A stretch of DNA of 64,000 nt from Paraspadella gotoi (GCA_051294375.1 CM119264.1:8472268-8536267); one strand, 5' to 3'; shown: positions 12,792 through 27,350, counted from the stretch's first letter. Notes: generated from the sequence alone by a model not told the origin. Numbers and translations: made by a program.

Positions 12792-14764
12792 ATTTCTTCT
12801 TTTTTTTATATATCCGCAAGGCTATCGCAATATCTCAGAGGAAAAGAGAAGCTTCGATAATTGCAATTAGGGTGAGGAAGAGGGATTAGATAGCAGAAGT
12901 TGGAACAAGAGGAAGATAAAAAAAAAAAAAAAAAAGGAAGGAGGAAAATACGATGAAAAAGAAGAAGATGAAAAAAGATTATTTGACCCCGTTTTCTTCT
13001 CTGGGGAAGAAAAAAAAGCGGAATAGACAAGACAGAAAAAAAGGAAAAGAAAAAATGGAGGAAATCGAAAAAAACGAAAATGAAGTGAGAAAAAATTAAA
13101 GAGAGAGAGAAAAAATTAAGAGAAGAGAACAATAAAAAGGATGGGAGCAAAAGATAAGAAAGAACTAATTAAAAGAGTATGAAAAGAAATATTACAAGAA
13201 AAAGCAAAAGATAGATTTCTTGCCTCATTCGGTTATCATTTCCAGCGGCGCTGAAATAAGTCACTTTGGTTGTTTCTGTTCTATTTGATTCCATTTATTG
13301 TTTAGTTTGTTTGATCGGTTCAAAATTGCAACTTAAAGACGACGACCGACGACGACGACGACGACGACGACGGTAAGAATGATGAATCTACGACGGATCG
13401 ACGACGTACGACGACGACCACGGACGTATGATGATAATGATGAAGGAGGTCAAGGATGTTGACCCTACTTGTGATTGTCTTTTTAGGCCATCGAAGACAC
13501 CAACGACGACTCGATGAGGACGACGATGAGGACGGACGATTAGTCACGAACGACGAGGTCTTAATAAACAAAAGGCGGAAACATCGGGCGAATTCGTCGT
13601 CGTCGTCGTTACGTCATTTTGGCAGTAACTGTGACAACCGGCGTCGCTGACGTTTCACGTAATCGAAAGATGTGTTGCCCGCAGAGTGACGTCATGCGTT
13701 GAGAGGAGAGAGAGGAGGAGAGAGAGCAGAGAGAAGAGAGATTTCGAGAGAAGAGAGATGAGAGACGGATAGAGATGAGAGAATGAGAGATCAGGAGATG
13801 CAGAGATTGGAGCGAGAGAGAGACGAGGGGTGACGACGTGAGAGAGCAGACTCGAGTAGAGAGTGAGAGAGAGTCAGATCTATCTTTATAACGACTTAAT
13901 AAAGCGACTCGAACAACTCTCGAGTGTTCCGAAGATCATTGATGCTTATTCTACGGAATTTCACTCAGTTAAGAATAAAAAATAAATAAATTATAAATGG
14001 TTTCCCTACCGTTAACGCCAAAACCAACAGAAGTAGTATTAACCCTCACCAAAAAAAGGATGGCCTAAAAGACATCAAAGTCAGGGTCAACATCCTTTGT
14101 CCTCCTTCATCATTATCATCATCGTCGTGGTCGTCGTTGTCGTTGTCGTCGTCGTCGTAGTCATCATTCTTACCGTCGTCGTCGNNNNNNNNNNCGTCGT
14201 CGTCGTCTTTAAGTTGCATTTGAAACGATTTAAAACTAAACAAATAAATGAATCAAAATAAACAGAAAAACAAACAAAGTGCTATTCAGCGCCGCTGGAA
14301 AGAAACGAATGAAGTAAAAATCTCTTTTCGCTTTTTCTTGTAATATTTTTTTAATCTCTTTTAATTATTTTTCTTTCTTTCTTTGCTCCCATCCTTTTTA
14401 TCTCTCTTAATTTGCTTTTCTCTCTTTTTTTTTCTCACTTCATTTTTCGATTTCCTCCCATTTTTTTCCGCTTTTTTTTCTTCCCCAAGAAGAAACGGCA
14501 ATCTGTTTTTTCTTCTTTTTTTTCTTCTTTTNNNNNNNNNNNNNNNNNNNNNNNNNNNNNNNNNNNNNNNNNNNNNNNNNNNNNNNNNNNNNNNNNNNNN
14601 NNNNNNNNNNNNNNNNNNNNNNNNNNNNNNNNNNNNNNTTTTTTTTTTATCTTTCCTCTTCCAACTGCTATTCCTCTTCCTCAACCCCTCTAATGCAATT
14701 ATCGAAGCTTCTCTATTTTCTCGAGGATGCGATAGCCTGCGGATATATAAAAAAAAGAAGAAAT
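12792..14764. repeat. Inverted repeat: 12792-13492 (noisy) vs 14057-14764 (clean), ~560-bp spacer
   Basis: ATTTCTTCTTTTTTTTATATATCCGCA vs TGCGGATATATAAAAAAAAGAAGAAAT, and GATGTTGACCCT vs AGGGTCAACATC. Confidence 0.9.
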
Positions 14765-17700
14765 NNNNNNNNNNNNNNNNNNNNNNNNNNNNNNNNNNNN
14801 NNNNNNNNNNNNNNNNNNNNNNNNNNNNNNNNNNNNNNNNNNNNNNNNNNNNNNNNNNNNNNNNNNNNNNNNNNNNNNNNNNNNNNNNNNNNNNNNNNNN
14901 NNNNNNNNNNNNNNNNNNNNNNNNNNNNNNNNNNNNNNNNNNNNNNNNNNNNNNNNNNNNNNNNNNNNNNNNNNNNNNNNNNNNNNNNNNNNNNNNNNNN
15001 NNNNNNNNNNNNNNNNNNNNNNNNNNNNNNNNNNNNNNNNNNNNNNNNNNNNNNNNNNNNNNNNNNNNNNNNNNNNNNNNNNNNNNNNNNNNNNNNNNNN
15101 NNNNNNNNNNNNNNNNNNNNNNNNNNNNNNNNNNNNNNNNNNNNNNNNNNNNNNNNNNNNNNNNNNNNNNNNNNNNNNNNNNNNNNNNNNNNNNNNNNNN
15201 NNNNNNNNNNNNNNNNNNNNNNNNNNNNNNNNNNNNNNNNNNNNNNNNNNNNNNNNNNNNNNNNNNNNNNNNNNNNNNNNNNNNNNNNNNNNNNNNNNNN
15301 NNNNNNNNNNNNNNNNNNNNNNNNNNNNNNNNNNNNNNNNNNNNNNNNNNNNNNNNNNNNNNNNNNNNNNNNNNNNNNNNNNNNNNNNNNNNNNNNNNNN
15401 NNNNNNNNNNNNNNNNNNNNNNNNNNNNNNNNNNNNNNNNNNNNNNNNNNNNNNNNNNNNNNNNNNNNNNNNNNNNNNNNNNNNNNNNNNNNNNNNNNNN
15501 NNNNNNNNNNNNNNNNNNNNNNNNNNNNNNNNNNNNNNNNNNNNNNNNNNNNNNNNNNNNNNNNNGGGAAAAAGGATTTGTTACAGGAATTGGGCGTGGC
15601 TCGAGGAAAATATGGGCTTTGATAAAGGAAAAGCATGTGTCCATTAGTGGGAGGACTTGACAAAAGGCGGAGGCGGAATGTGACAGCGGATTTTATGAGG
15701 AGGACGTTGATTGGAAAGCTCGCGCGTCGCCGAGGGGTGGCGCGTTGGAACGGAAGCGGATTTGACGTTTACTTACAATTTGTAATTGGACGACTTCTGG
15801 AATTTTGTGAGATAGCTGTGAGGACTTTTATGTGAATCGGAGTAATGTTAATGTTACGTAGAGAAAAGTGATACACAATACGAGTGGGAAGCCATAACTG
15901 ATTGCCATCTCAACATGTTTACACATTTCTCCTCGTTCTCGTTTATTGGGACGATCAAAGAGCTCAAAGATAGATTTTCTCTCTCTCTNNNNNNNNNNNN
16001 NNNNNNNNNNNNNNNNNNNNNNNNNNNNNNNNNNNNNNNNNNNNNNNNNNNNNNNNNNNNNNNNNNNNNNNNNNNNNNNNNNNNNNNNNNNNNNNNNNNN
16101 NNNNNNNNNNNNNNNNNNNNNNNNNNNNNNNNNNNNNNNNNNNNNNNNNNNNNNNNNNNNNNNNNNNNNNNNNNNNNNNNNGTTTGTCCGACTCAATGCA
16201 ATGATTTCTTTGTTTAATAGATGTTTCGATGTTTTATTTCCAGTTAATGGCCAACTTTATGCATTATTCTTGCTGCTCAAGGCCGAAGTTGTAAAAACTG
16301 TATTTTTAATCTGTATTGGATTTTTTTCCTATCTCTTGACTGACCTATTGTTTAACTGAGAAACACACACACCAAAAAANNNNNNNNNNNNNNNNNNNNN
16401 NNNNNNNNNNNNNNNNNNNNNNNNNNNNNNNNNNNNNNNNNNNNNNNNNNNNNNNNNNNNNNNNNNNNNNNNNNNNNNNNNNNNNNNNNNNNNNNNNNNN
16501 NNNNNNNNNNNNNNNNNNNNNNNNNNNNNNNNNNNNNNNNNNNNNNNNNNNNNNNNNNNNNNNNNNNNNNNNNNNNNNNNNNNNNNNNNNNNNNNNNNNN
16601 NNNNNNNNNNNNNNNNNNNNNNNNNNNNNNNNNNNNNNNNNNNNNNNNNNNNNNNNNNNNNNNNNNNNNNTCTCTCTCTCTATCTTGAAGCATTTCATAC
16701 GCATTTAATGTTTGTAGCATTGTTCATCCGCCTCGTTTTTGCACTTTTTTTTTAAACCAATTTTTGAAATAAATTTTTAAAAAACATAAAAGATACTTTA
16801 TATGTATTGTTGGCTTTATTTGGCACTCTTGCTCTCTCTCAAACAACGTCGATTGAATTATCCTTTCATGTCAAGTTATTAAATAAACCATTTTTTAAAT
16901 TATCGTCTTTGTTTTGTTCGTTTGTTTTTGTTTTCGTTGTTCTTCTCCCCTTGATTGTTCTTCTCGTTGTTCTTCTCCCCTTGATTCTCTTTCTGATTAT
17001 CCTTCTTTTCGTCACAGACGAATTTCGATTCCATCCGACCGACGCCAAACAATGTCTGGGAAAAGGAGCAAGAAGGAAATTAGGGAACATGGAAGAGAAA
17101 AGGAATTACATTGAGGAGAGAAAATGTATTTGTGAAAGAATGAAGGTAGAAAATTCTTAGAACGGGTTAAGGGTGAATGAATGAAACGAAAATGAAAAAA
17201 AAGCTGACCTAATCCTGAATTTTATAGGATGAACGTGGATAAATCAGTAAAATATAAATTACTATTGCTATTGTGACTTTCGACTGTGAGAACATTATCA
17301 AGAGGATAAGATTTGAGGAAAGAAGAGGAGGAAGAGGAAGAGGAAAAGGAAGAGAAGGGTGAAATCCCTTCGTAGCGCTCCCGACGATCTCTGACCTCGA
17401 AAACCATCAAAAGATTCCTCCACATATTTTTGCCTCTTTTCTCCATTTCTCTTTTTTCCCTCTCTTTCGTGTCTCTCTCTCTCTCNNNNNNNNNNNNNNN
17501 NNNNNNNNNNNNNNNNNNNNNNNNNNNNNNNNNNNNNNNNNNNNNNNNNNNNNNNNNNNNNNNNNNNNNNNNNNNNNNNNNNNNNNNNNNNNNNNNNNNN
17601 NNNNNNNNNNNNNNNNNNNNNNNNNNNNNNNNNNNNNNNNNNNNNNNNNNNNNNNNNNNNNNNNNNNNNNNNNNNNNNCTCTCTCTCTCTTCCTTTTCTT

Positions 17701-20700
17701 TTTTGATCTGATATCCCGTAATGGTTCACCATTTTTTCCCTTTCGTCTTTTGTTGCTGCCGACTTCCGACTGGCCAAGAGGGAGAGAGGGAGGAGTGGGA
17801 GTAGAAGACCAAGGAGAGGAGAGGGAAGAGAGGAGGAGAAAGCAGACGAAAGAGAGGAAAGAGAGGAGAGAGATGTGACATATATGTTTAAGCCCTTAGT
17901 TTTGGTGGAAAGGAAAGAAAGAGAACAAGGGCGAGAGATAGAGGGAGAAAGNNNNNNNNNNNNNNNNNNNNNNNNNNNNNNNNNNNNNNNNNNNNNNNNN
18001 NNNNNNNNNNNNNNNNNNNNNNNNNNNNNNNNNNNNNNNNNNNNNNNNNNNNNNNNNNNNNNNNNNNNNNNNNNNNNNNNNNNNNNNNNNNNNNNNNNNN
18101 NNNNNNNNNNNNNNNNNNNNNNNNNNNNNNNNNNNNNNNNNNNNNNNNNNNNNNNNNNNNNNNNNNNNNNNNNNNNNNNNNNNNNNNNNNNNNNNNNNNN
18201 NNNNNNNNNNNNNNNNNNNNNNNNNNNNNNNNNNNNNNTTTCCAAAAGACTTAATATCATCGGCTGAAGCGCGTTCTCGGGAAGCGATAGAGTTTCGCTG
18301 CAATGGATAGACTTTGTTTGCGTCATATCTTGGTAAACCTTATGGGATCTTATAAAATAGAGAGAGAGAGATAGAGAAAAAATTGAATCCATTTTCCCAT
18401 AAAAAACCCCGACATCGGATAAAAAAAAAAATCTTGGAAGAAAATGGAGGTTTAGTTGGAGAAAAACAAAACACGGAATACAATTTTGATGAGGTTCTAT
18501 TTTTGGGGGTTGGCGCGTTGCTGTCGAAAAGTAAGGAAATGAGCTGAAGAAAGCATCAGTTCCATCATAAATATCTCTCTCTCTCTCTCTCTCTCTCNNN
18601 NNNNNNNNNNNNNNNNNNNNNNNNNNNNNNNNNNNNNNNNNNNNNNNNNNNNNNNNNNNNNNNNNNNNNNNNNNNNNNNNNNNNNNNNNNNNNNNNNNNN
18701 NNNNNNNNNNNNNNNNNNNNNNNNNNNNNNNNNNNNNNNNNNNNNNNNNNNNNNNNNNNNNNNNNNNNNNNNNNNNNNNNNNNNNNNNNNNNNNNNNNNN
18801 NNNNNNNNNNTTTTTTTTCTCGCGAAGTCGCTGTCGCCATTTTGATGGAAACACGATCGAGGCGCCGACGGAATTCGCTTCCGGAAAACAAGTTTCGTCT
18901 CTGCCGCTCGAGATGGCAGCAGCTCGCATGGAAGAGCGAAAACAAAACAAAAGAGCAGGCGAAGGTAAAGCCGAGGACGCTGACGACAACGACGACGACC
19001 AACACGGAGACGTCGGGAGACGATACTAGCATCTCTCCNNNNNNNNNNNNNNNNNNNNNNNNNNNNNNNNNNNNNNNNNNNNNNNNNNNNNNNNNNNNNN
19101 NNNNNNNNNNNNNNNNNNNNNNNNNNNNNNNNNNNNNNNNNNNNNNNNNNNNNNNNNNNNNNNNNNNNNNNNNNNNNNNNNNNNNNNNNNNNNNNNNNNN
19201 NNNNNNNNNNNNNNNNNNNNNNNNNNNNNNNNNNNNNNNNNNNNNNNNNNNNNNNNNNNNNNNNNNNNNNNNNNNNNNNNNNNNNNNNNNNNNNNNNNNN
19301 NNNNNNNNNNNNNNNNNNNNNNNNNNNNNNNNNNNNNNNNNNNNNNNNNNNNNNNNNNNNNNNNNNNNNNNNNNNNNNNNNNNNNNNNNNNNNNNNNNNN
19401 NNNNNNNNNNNNNNNNNNNNNNNNNNNNNNNNNNNNNNNNNNNNNNNNNNNNNNNNNNNNNNNNNNNNNNNNNNNNNNNNNNNNNNNNNNNNNNNNNNNN
19501 NNNNNNNNNNNNNNNNNNNNNNNNNNNNNNNNNNNNNNNNNNNNNNNNNNNNNNNNNNNNNNNNNNNNNNNNNNNNNNNNNNNNNNNNNNNNNNNNNNNN
19601 NNNNNNNNNNNNNNNNNNNNNTCCAGCCCATCAATCCGCTCCAGTTTCGCCCGGTAGAAAGCGTTAGTTGACATCCACAAAATTCAACAGCCTCCATTGA
19701 TGGTTCCGGCGAATTCCTCCAGCCCCAGAAACAGAGAGAGAGAGAGACAGAGAGAAAAAGAGAGAGAAAGAGAAAGAAAGAAAAAAAGACGTTTTTCTTT
19801 TTCCCCGTTATGCGCCTTAATCTTGTAAAAGCTGAGCTTCTTCCAGACAGTGGGGTTTTTCAGAATTCAAAGAAAGAGGCAAGGCCGAAAAGATCCGGCC
19901 AGAAAAAAGATTTATCGTTTTCCCTTCCTGTGCATCAAAACAGATACAATAATGATGGGAAAAGAAAATACGTTACTTTTCATTATTTTTTCCCTCAATT
20001 TTTTTTCATATAAAAGATTTTGTTATTTTGTTTTTCGATCAAATAATTTGTTTGACCTCGAACTGGATTCAAGATGGCGACACTCATTGATTCGCTGCTA
20101 ATGTCCTGGATGTAACTGAGTCTCTGGGCGTAAAAAACTTGGGAAGTCTGGACAATGAAGTGAAAAAACGAGCGAAGAAACAAAATGGGAAGAGTAACAC
20201 CTGAGCACAAAGAGCGGAAGCTAAAAGTGAAACGAGACAGAGTCAGAGAGAGAGAACGAGAGAGAGAGAGAGAACGAGAGAGAGAGAGAGAGAGAGAGTT
20301 CTCTACAAACTCACGAAAAAAAATCTTATTGACCCTCCGTTTTTCTCTTGCGTTCTCTCACATATTAAACAAACAGTCAGAAAATAACCGAAATAATCAG
20401 ACCGTAAATATAAAATAAAATTCAAAAAAAAAAAAAAAAAAAATTACAAAAACTTGCCGAAACCCAAAAGTACTACGTAATTACTTCGAATCGCTTTTCG
20501 TCTTAAATCTTCGTTCTTTATCTGAATATATGTTTTTTTTTCTTATCCTAACGTTGACGTTGACAAATTTCTGTTTATTTCCAGGCGAAGAACTAAGACG
20601 AAGAGAGAGAGGGAGAGAAAACATCCGCGATTTCGTTCTCTCTCTGTCTCTCTCTTTTCTCTCTCTCTCTATTTCTCTCTTTTGAGAGAAGACGACGCAA

Positions 20701-21770
20701 TCGACGAAAAAGAGAGAAGATTCTTTGGAAGAAAAGAGGGACACAATCTCTGAAGAGAAGAAAAATCTAAAATTAGAGAAAAGGAAAAAAAAANNNNNNN
20801 NNNNNNNNNNNNNNNNNNNNNNNNNNNNNNNNNNNNNNNNNNNNNNNNNNNNNNNNNNNNNNNNNNNNNNNNNNNNNNNNNNNNNNNNNNNNNNNNNNNN
20901 NNNNNNNNNNNNNNNNNNNNNNNNNNNNNNNNNNNNNNNNNNNNNNNNNNNNNNNNNNNNNNNNNNNNNNNNNNNNNNNNNNNNNNNNNNNNNNNNNNNN
21001 NNNNNNNNNNNNNNNNNNNTCTCTCTTTCTTTTTCTCTTTCTCTTTCTCTCTCTTTCTTTTTCTCTTTCTCTCTCTTTCCTTCTGGTTCCGTCGAAGAGG
21101 AAACCGCAATTAATCTTCCATCGGTGGACGGAAAATAAAAAGGACCAAAAAAAAAAAAAAGAAAAAAAATCGCTTAACAGAAGAAGAAACGAGAAACGAC
21201 GTAAACAGGCGACGGTTATGAATTCATTGCGTCTCCGATCGCATCGAAGGATAACAACGACAATAACAACGATCACATCTTCTCTCAAAATTTCTTCGTG
21301 TGAAGGAAAAAAAGAAAAACTTTAAAAACTGAAAAAAAAAGAAATACTACAAAGTTCCTTCAATAAAACTGATTCGACCAAATCAGAAAAACGGAATCGC
21401 TCTATCTCACGGAAACCCACGGTTTATTTCCCTCACCCCAAATAAAAAAGCGCCAAAAACTTTTAAAAATAATACGACGAAGGAGTCAAAATAAAAGACG
21501 AATAAGTTCTGTATAAAGAGGGCGAAGGGGAAAAAATAAAGTCGGCGAAAGGCGAAGCAGAGAGAAAGAAAAAAAACGAAACGGCGAAGAAGCGAAGGAA
21601 AGGAAAGACAGCGAAGGAAAGCCGAAACGAAGATAAGAAGCGAAAGGGCAAAGAACGAAAAGAAGCCGAAAGCGAAAGAAGAAGCGCATACGCGAAAGGA
21701 AAGAAGAACGCGGAAGGCAAAAGGAAAGAAGAAAAGAAGAAAAAAGGGTGCGGAAAAAAAAGAAGGAAAG

Positions 21771-21860
21771 ATGAAAGTTCCGATGCGACTTCGCATTCAC
21801 CTCATCCTTTGGCTCCTCTTATCATTCGTCGTCGAAGACGATGGGCAACAAGCGAACCAG
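21771..21860 (+). CDS. Putative first coding exon (signal peptide) of the IgSF gene: MKVPMRLRIHLILWLLLSFVVEDDGQQANQ
   Basis: ATG at 21771, basic n-region, hydrophobic core LILWLLLSFVV, then a strong donor CAG|GTGAGA at 21861 (phase 0). Phase matches the acceptor at 48233. Linkage to the downstream exons is inferred, not observed. Confidence 0.6.
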
Positions 21861-23226
21861 GTGAGATTGAGGGATGGAAGAGGAAGGGTGGAGGCGAGGG
21901 AGGGACGGTTGGGAGTGGTCAGGGGGGATTTGAAGTGGGAGAGGTGGGGGAAAAGAGGGAGGGGGATGGGTAAGAAAGGTCGATTCCCTGTGGCGAATCC
22001 TAACTTTGCCTCCCGTATAGTTTGGTAAAACTCAGCTCGTCCCATGGGCTAAGTGCTCGTTTACCAACAGTGAGTTCCAGGCTCAATCCCCTCACGGTCA
22101 CGCTGGTTAAGTGTGAAGGTGTCAACATAAACACGCCTGTGACATGGGGTGGTCACTGCAGGTCCGAAACCCTGAGATCCAGCTGTCGAGAGATGCCCCA
22201 CACCCCGGGCTTCATACATGTCTCCCTGTTACCAAACCTCTCATTTAGAAGAAATAGAGGTCACATTAAGAATAGCTTTAATGCCTCTCGTTAATCGACA
22301 GTAAGAACGAATATCTAAATATAAACATGATAATTTAAAACAAAACTAGAAAATAAAAAAAATTGTAGTATGTATGTATTATGTAAGTAAGTGTGTAGTT
22401 CTGGTGTTAATAGGTAGGATTGAATAGAATCTGTTAAGTAAGGGAAGGTAATTTCATCAAAGCCGTGAAAATACGAGAAAGTCAAACGGACGTCGGCGAA
22501 GGCGAGGTTCGAATTTGGGCCGAAAACCGAAAACCAATAAATGGTTAATTAAAATCTTTTGAGCCGCTAATTATTTTTTTATTCGGTCGTGGGGGGGGGG
22601 GAGAAGCGATAATCGAGAGGAAGAATTTTTGACCCAAACTCAATCGAAGCGTGAAAATTAGATATCGATTTCTCTTTTTTTAATCATTAAACATTTTTAT
22701 TGTATTTAATTATTTTTTTGGTTTTTGATAATCTTGATAGATCTCAATTGATAACGTTCCTTGTTATCATTTAATAACGATTTTAATTTTTTTTTATTTT
22801 TGACCGGCGGCCATCTTTTTAAAACTAAATGTCGCGAGAATTTTTCCGATCTCTTTCTTTAATTTCTTTTTTTATCTTTCTCTTCCTTCCCCTGACCCCT
22901 TTTCTTCCTCAACTCCCTCCCTCCCTCCCTCCCTACTCCCTCCCTTCCTCCCTACTCCCTCCCTACTCCCTCCCTCCCATTTTCCCTTTTGTTTCTACTA
23001 ATTATTTTTCCTCCCGTCTTCTCATCCTTGGGTTTCAGTCCCCGAACAACAAAAGCTTCTGTTGTTTCCTCTTTTAATCACGATTTTTGTCCCTCAAACT
23101 CTTTAAAAATCCAATTAAACCTCATTTCCAATTTGATTACGTCCGGATTCCTATTCCACCTCTCTTTTTTTCATCTCTCTTCGTTTTTTTTTCTATCTTT
23201 TTTTTTCTATTATCCTATCTTTCGGT

Positions 23227-23286
<60 letters not shown>

Positions 23287-23771
23287 TATTTTTTTTTCGG
23301 TCGCGACATGTCCTATGTTTTGATGTTTCGCTTTGTTTCTTTTCTTTTATAAATATTTTTGACTAAAAGTCTGAGAAACTATTCTCTATCTTTCTTTTTG
23401 TTTCGTTGTCTGTCAGTCTGTCTTTCATTCTCTTTCTTTCTTTTTTTCTTTTTTTCTTTCTTTCTTTCTTTCTTTCTTTCTTTATCTTTCTTTTTGTTTT
23501 TTTTTCTCTTTTCTCTTTTACTCTCACGTCGTTTTCTTTTTCGAGATTTTCCTCCTCTCACCTTAATTTCTCCGCTCGTCGGAATTCCGGATTGCCCTTT
23601 TGTCGAAAGAGCGGGAAGCCTTTGACTCGGCGACGATGGCGCCGAGGGCGGACCCTCATCAAACTTAATGTGAGAATCCATTGTTCTTTTGGTTCCGAAA
23701 GATGGAGGTTTAAAATTTTCATTTTCAGGCAGAGAAGGAAGGAGTAAAAAAAAAATTTGGGGAAGGAAACG

Positions 23772-23806
<35 letters not shown>

Positions 23807-25338
23807 AGGAAAGAAGGAAAGAAGGAAAGAAGGAAAGAAAGAAAGAAAGAAAGAAGGAAAGAAAGAAAGAAGGAAAGAAAGAAAGAAAGAAAGAAAGAAA
23901 GAAGCCGACATAAAGAAGGAAACGTTTGACGGGAAGATGGAAAGGAAGTCGAAACGAGGGAAGAGAGGAAGAGAGGGAGGAATGAAGAACAAAAAAAAAC
24001 GAATGGAGAGAGAGAAGAAAAAAAAAGGAANNNNNNNNNNNNNNNNNNNNNNNNNNNNNNNNNNNNNNNNNNNNNNNNNNNNNNNNNNNNNNNNNNNNNN
24101 NNNNNNNNNNNNNNNNNNNNNNNNNNNNNNNNNNNNNNNNNNNNNNNNNNNNNNNNNNNNNNNNNNNNNNNNNNNNNNNNNNNNNNNNNNNNNNNNNNNN
24201 NNNNNNNNNNNNNNNNNNNNNNNNNNNNNNNNNNNNNNNTCTCTCTCTCTCTCTCGCTCCCTATATTTTGAAATTCCAAAGAGAATCTAATCCCCAATTA
24301 GATCGACGCATCGACAGACGAAAGGAAGAAGAAAAAAGAGAAAAAGAAAAAAAGTAACGAAGTCTCACACGTAACGAATATTTTTTTTTTAAGGGAAAAA
24401 ATCTGTAGGGAGAAAAAAAAAAGAGTTCGAGAATAGAATATTCATGACTTGAATATTCGATTCGGGTCTCTGAATACGAAAAAGGTAAAAATGAATTAAA
24501 AAAAAAATCGGTTTGAGAACTGTTTTTAGAAGTTTCGGTCGGAGACAGAAAAAAAAAGAGGAATAAAGAATTAGGGATGACGACGACGACGCGACTGACT
24601 TTTACGTCAAACATCACGAACGAAATTCCGTTATCGCTCGGCCAGAGATGACGGTGGGAAAAAAATGTGAGAGAGGATAAAGGAACATATGGAGATTGAG
24701 AGAGNNNNNNNNNNNNNNNNNNNNNNNNNNNNNNNNNNNNNNNNNNNNNNNNNNNNNNNNNNNNNNNNNNNNNNNNNNNNNNNNNNNNNNNNNNNNNNNN
24801 NNNNNNNNNNNNNNNNNNNNNNNNNNNNNNNNNNNNNNNNNNNNNNNNNNNNNNNNNNNNNNNNNNNNNNNNNNNNNNNNNNNNNNNNNNNNNNNNNNNN
24901 NNNNNNNNNNNNNNNNNNNNNNNNNNNNNNNNNNNCCCCAAATCTCAACGACTTAAATACTTCTCACCTACTCACACAAATCTGAAACGTTAAGTAAATA
25001 TTGTAAGAGATTTTTCTGCCCCAAATTTCCTTGGACCCGTTTGCCCAACCACTCATTGACTCACCCGCTTTTACCCTTCTCCTTACCTCCGCTTCCTACG
25101 CGCCGCCAAGCATCACCCGCCCCCCCACTCCGACCTTGACAGCGACCATTAACAATCGCAGCCGATAGCGGAGTAACTGCTCATGCTTCACGAAAATGGT
25201 CCTTGGTAGACTCGNNNNNNNNNNNNNNNNNNNNNNNNNAAGAAAAAGGAAAAAAGAAGAGAATGATGAATTTCGTGTCTAAGGGATCTGCGTTGTGGCG
25301 GAAACCAGTTTTTTTTCCTCTCTCTCTCTTCTCTCTCT

Positions 25339-25393
<55 letters not shown>

Positions 25394-25429
25394 CTTCTCT
25401 CTCTCCTCTCTCCTCTTTCTCTCTCTCTC

Positions 25430-26767
25430 TCTCTTTCCTTTTCTTTTGAATCTGATATCCCGTAATGGTTCACCATTTTTCCCTTTTGTCTTTTGTTGCT
25501 GCCGACTTCCGACTGGCCAAGAAGGGAGAGTGGAGGAATGGAGTAGAAGACCAAGGAGAGGCAGAGGGAGAGAGAGGAGGAGCGGAAGTCAGAACGAAAG
25601 AGAGGAAAGAGAGGAGAGAGAGTGTGACATATATGTTTAAGCCCTTAGTTTTTCGGTGGAAAGGAAAGAAAGAGAACAAGGGCGAGAGATTAGGAGGGAG
25701 AAAACGGGAGCAAAAGTGAGTGGCGAAATAAAGGCGAAGAGGGAATAGGCGGAAGATATCGATGAGTCGGATGACGAAGAGCAAAGCTTACGGGTGTCTG
25801 GCTAAATTTTAATACTCTCGTTCCGTCAAGATTAATTTTTATTTGTGGTCAAGCCATTTTTTCCAAAAGACTTAAATCATCGGCTGAAGCGCGTTCTCGG
25901 AAGCGATAGAGTTTCGCTGCAATGGACTAGACTTTGTTGCGCATTATTGGTAAACCTTATGGGGATCTTATAAAAAATTAGAGAGAGAGATGATGAGGAA
26001 CAAAATTGAATCCATTTTTCCCATAAAAAAACCCCGGACTTCGGATGAAAAAAAAAAAATCTTGGAAGAAAATGAGTTTAGTTGGAGAAAACCAAAAAAC
26101 ACCGGGAATACAATTTTGATTGGGGTTTCTATTTTTTGAGGATGGCGCGTTTGCTGCTCGAAAAAAGTAAGGAAATGAGCTGAAGAAAGCATCAGTTCCA
26201 TCATAAATATCTCTCTCTCTCTTTCTCCTCTCTCTCTTCTCTCTTCTTCTCTCTCTCTCTCTCTCTGCTCCTCTCTCGTCCTCTCTCTCTCTCTCTCTCT
26301 TCTCCTCCATTTCTTTTGTGTTATTCCCGTTTTTATCCGTTTTTCAATTTCTTTTCCTCTTCCTCCTCCTCCCTCTCCTCCTCCTCCTCCTCCTTTTCCT
26401 CCATTTCTCATTTCATATTTATTTGCTTTTTACCTTTTTTTCCCTCTTTTTTTTTCTCGGGAAGTTACGCTGTCGCCATTTTTGATGAAAACACGATCGC
26501 AGCGCGCCGATCGCGGAATTCGCTCCCGGGAAAACAAGTTTCGTCTCTGCCGCTCGAGATGGCAGCAGCTCGCATGGAAGAGGAAAACAAAAACAAAAGA
26601 GCAGGCGCGAAGGTTAAAAGCCGAGGACGCTGACGACAACGACGACGACGACCAACACGGAGGACGATACGAGCACTCTCCGCCCGGAATTGAATCTTTC
26701 ACAGCGAAGATGAAGAAAATCGTTGCAATGCGACAATCATCAGTCTCTTTATTTTCTTTCTCACTCG

Positions 26768-26800
<33 letters not shown>

Positions 26801-27082
26801 TCTTTGTACTATTCTAAACATTCTTATATCTTGCGAAAGTTCTCCCGGACACCAAATGAGAGCAAGAGAAATATTACAATTTCCTTCATTACTCAGTTGT
26901 AACCGAAGGAAGAGAAAACCTATGGAAAAGCTTTCTGTTAGCAGTTAGCAGCTCTTCACAAAAACTTTTTTTTTCAAGAAAGAAAAAAAAACTCGAGTTA
27001 CCGCGTGAGCTCTCTGTTGTGCATGAAGTTAAAAAATCACTCCTCTTTCACTTCTCTTTCTTTCGCTTTCAGATCATTTTTT

Positions 27083-27167
<85 letters not shown>

Positions 27168-27287
27168 TACTATTCTGTTTTCTATCCTCTCCTAACCGCC
27201 GAACAAGACCCCAGAAGAAAAGCTTTTGGCTTCTTTAGGAAAATCAAATACGTGAGCAAATTTTCGAAAAACTACGAACGAATACTA

Positions 27288-27350
<63 letters not shown>

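Noticed and set aside
18845-18964. Short frame METRSRRRRNSLPENKFRLC.. with a possible donor AAG|GTAAAG and a YY1-like CGCCATTTT motif
   Set aside because: No recognisable product, the donor is not preserved in the duplicate copies, and the flanks are gaps. It could be a 5'UTR exon but is unsupported.
14361-21288. Long ORFs (200-560 aa) in the ORF track
   Set aside because: They are open only because they run through N gaps and CT/GA tracts.
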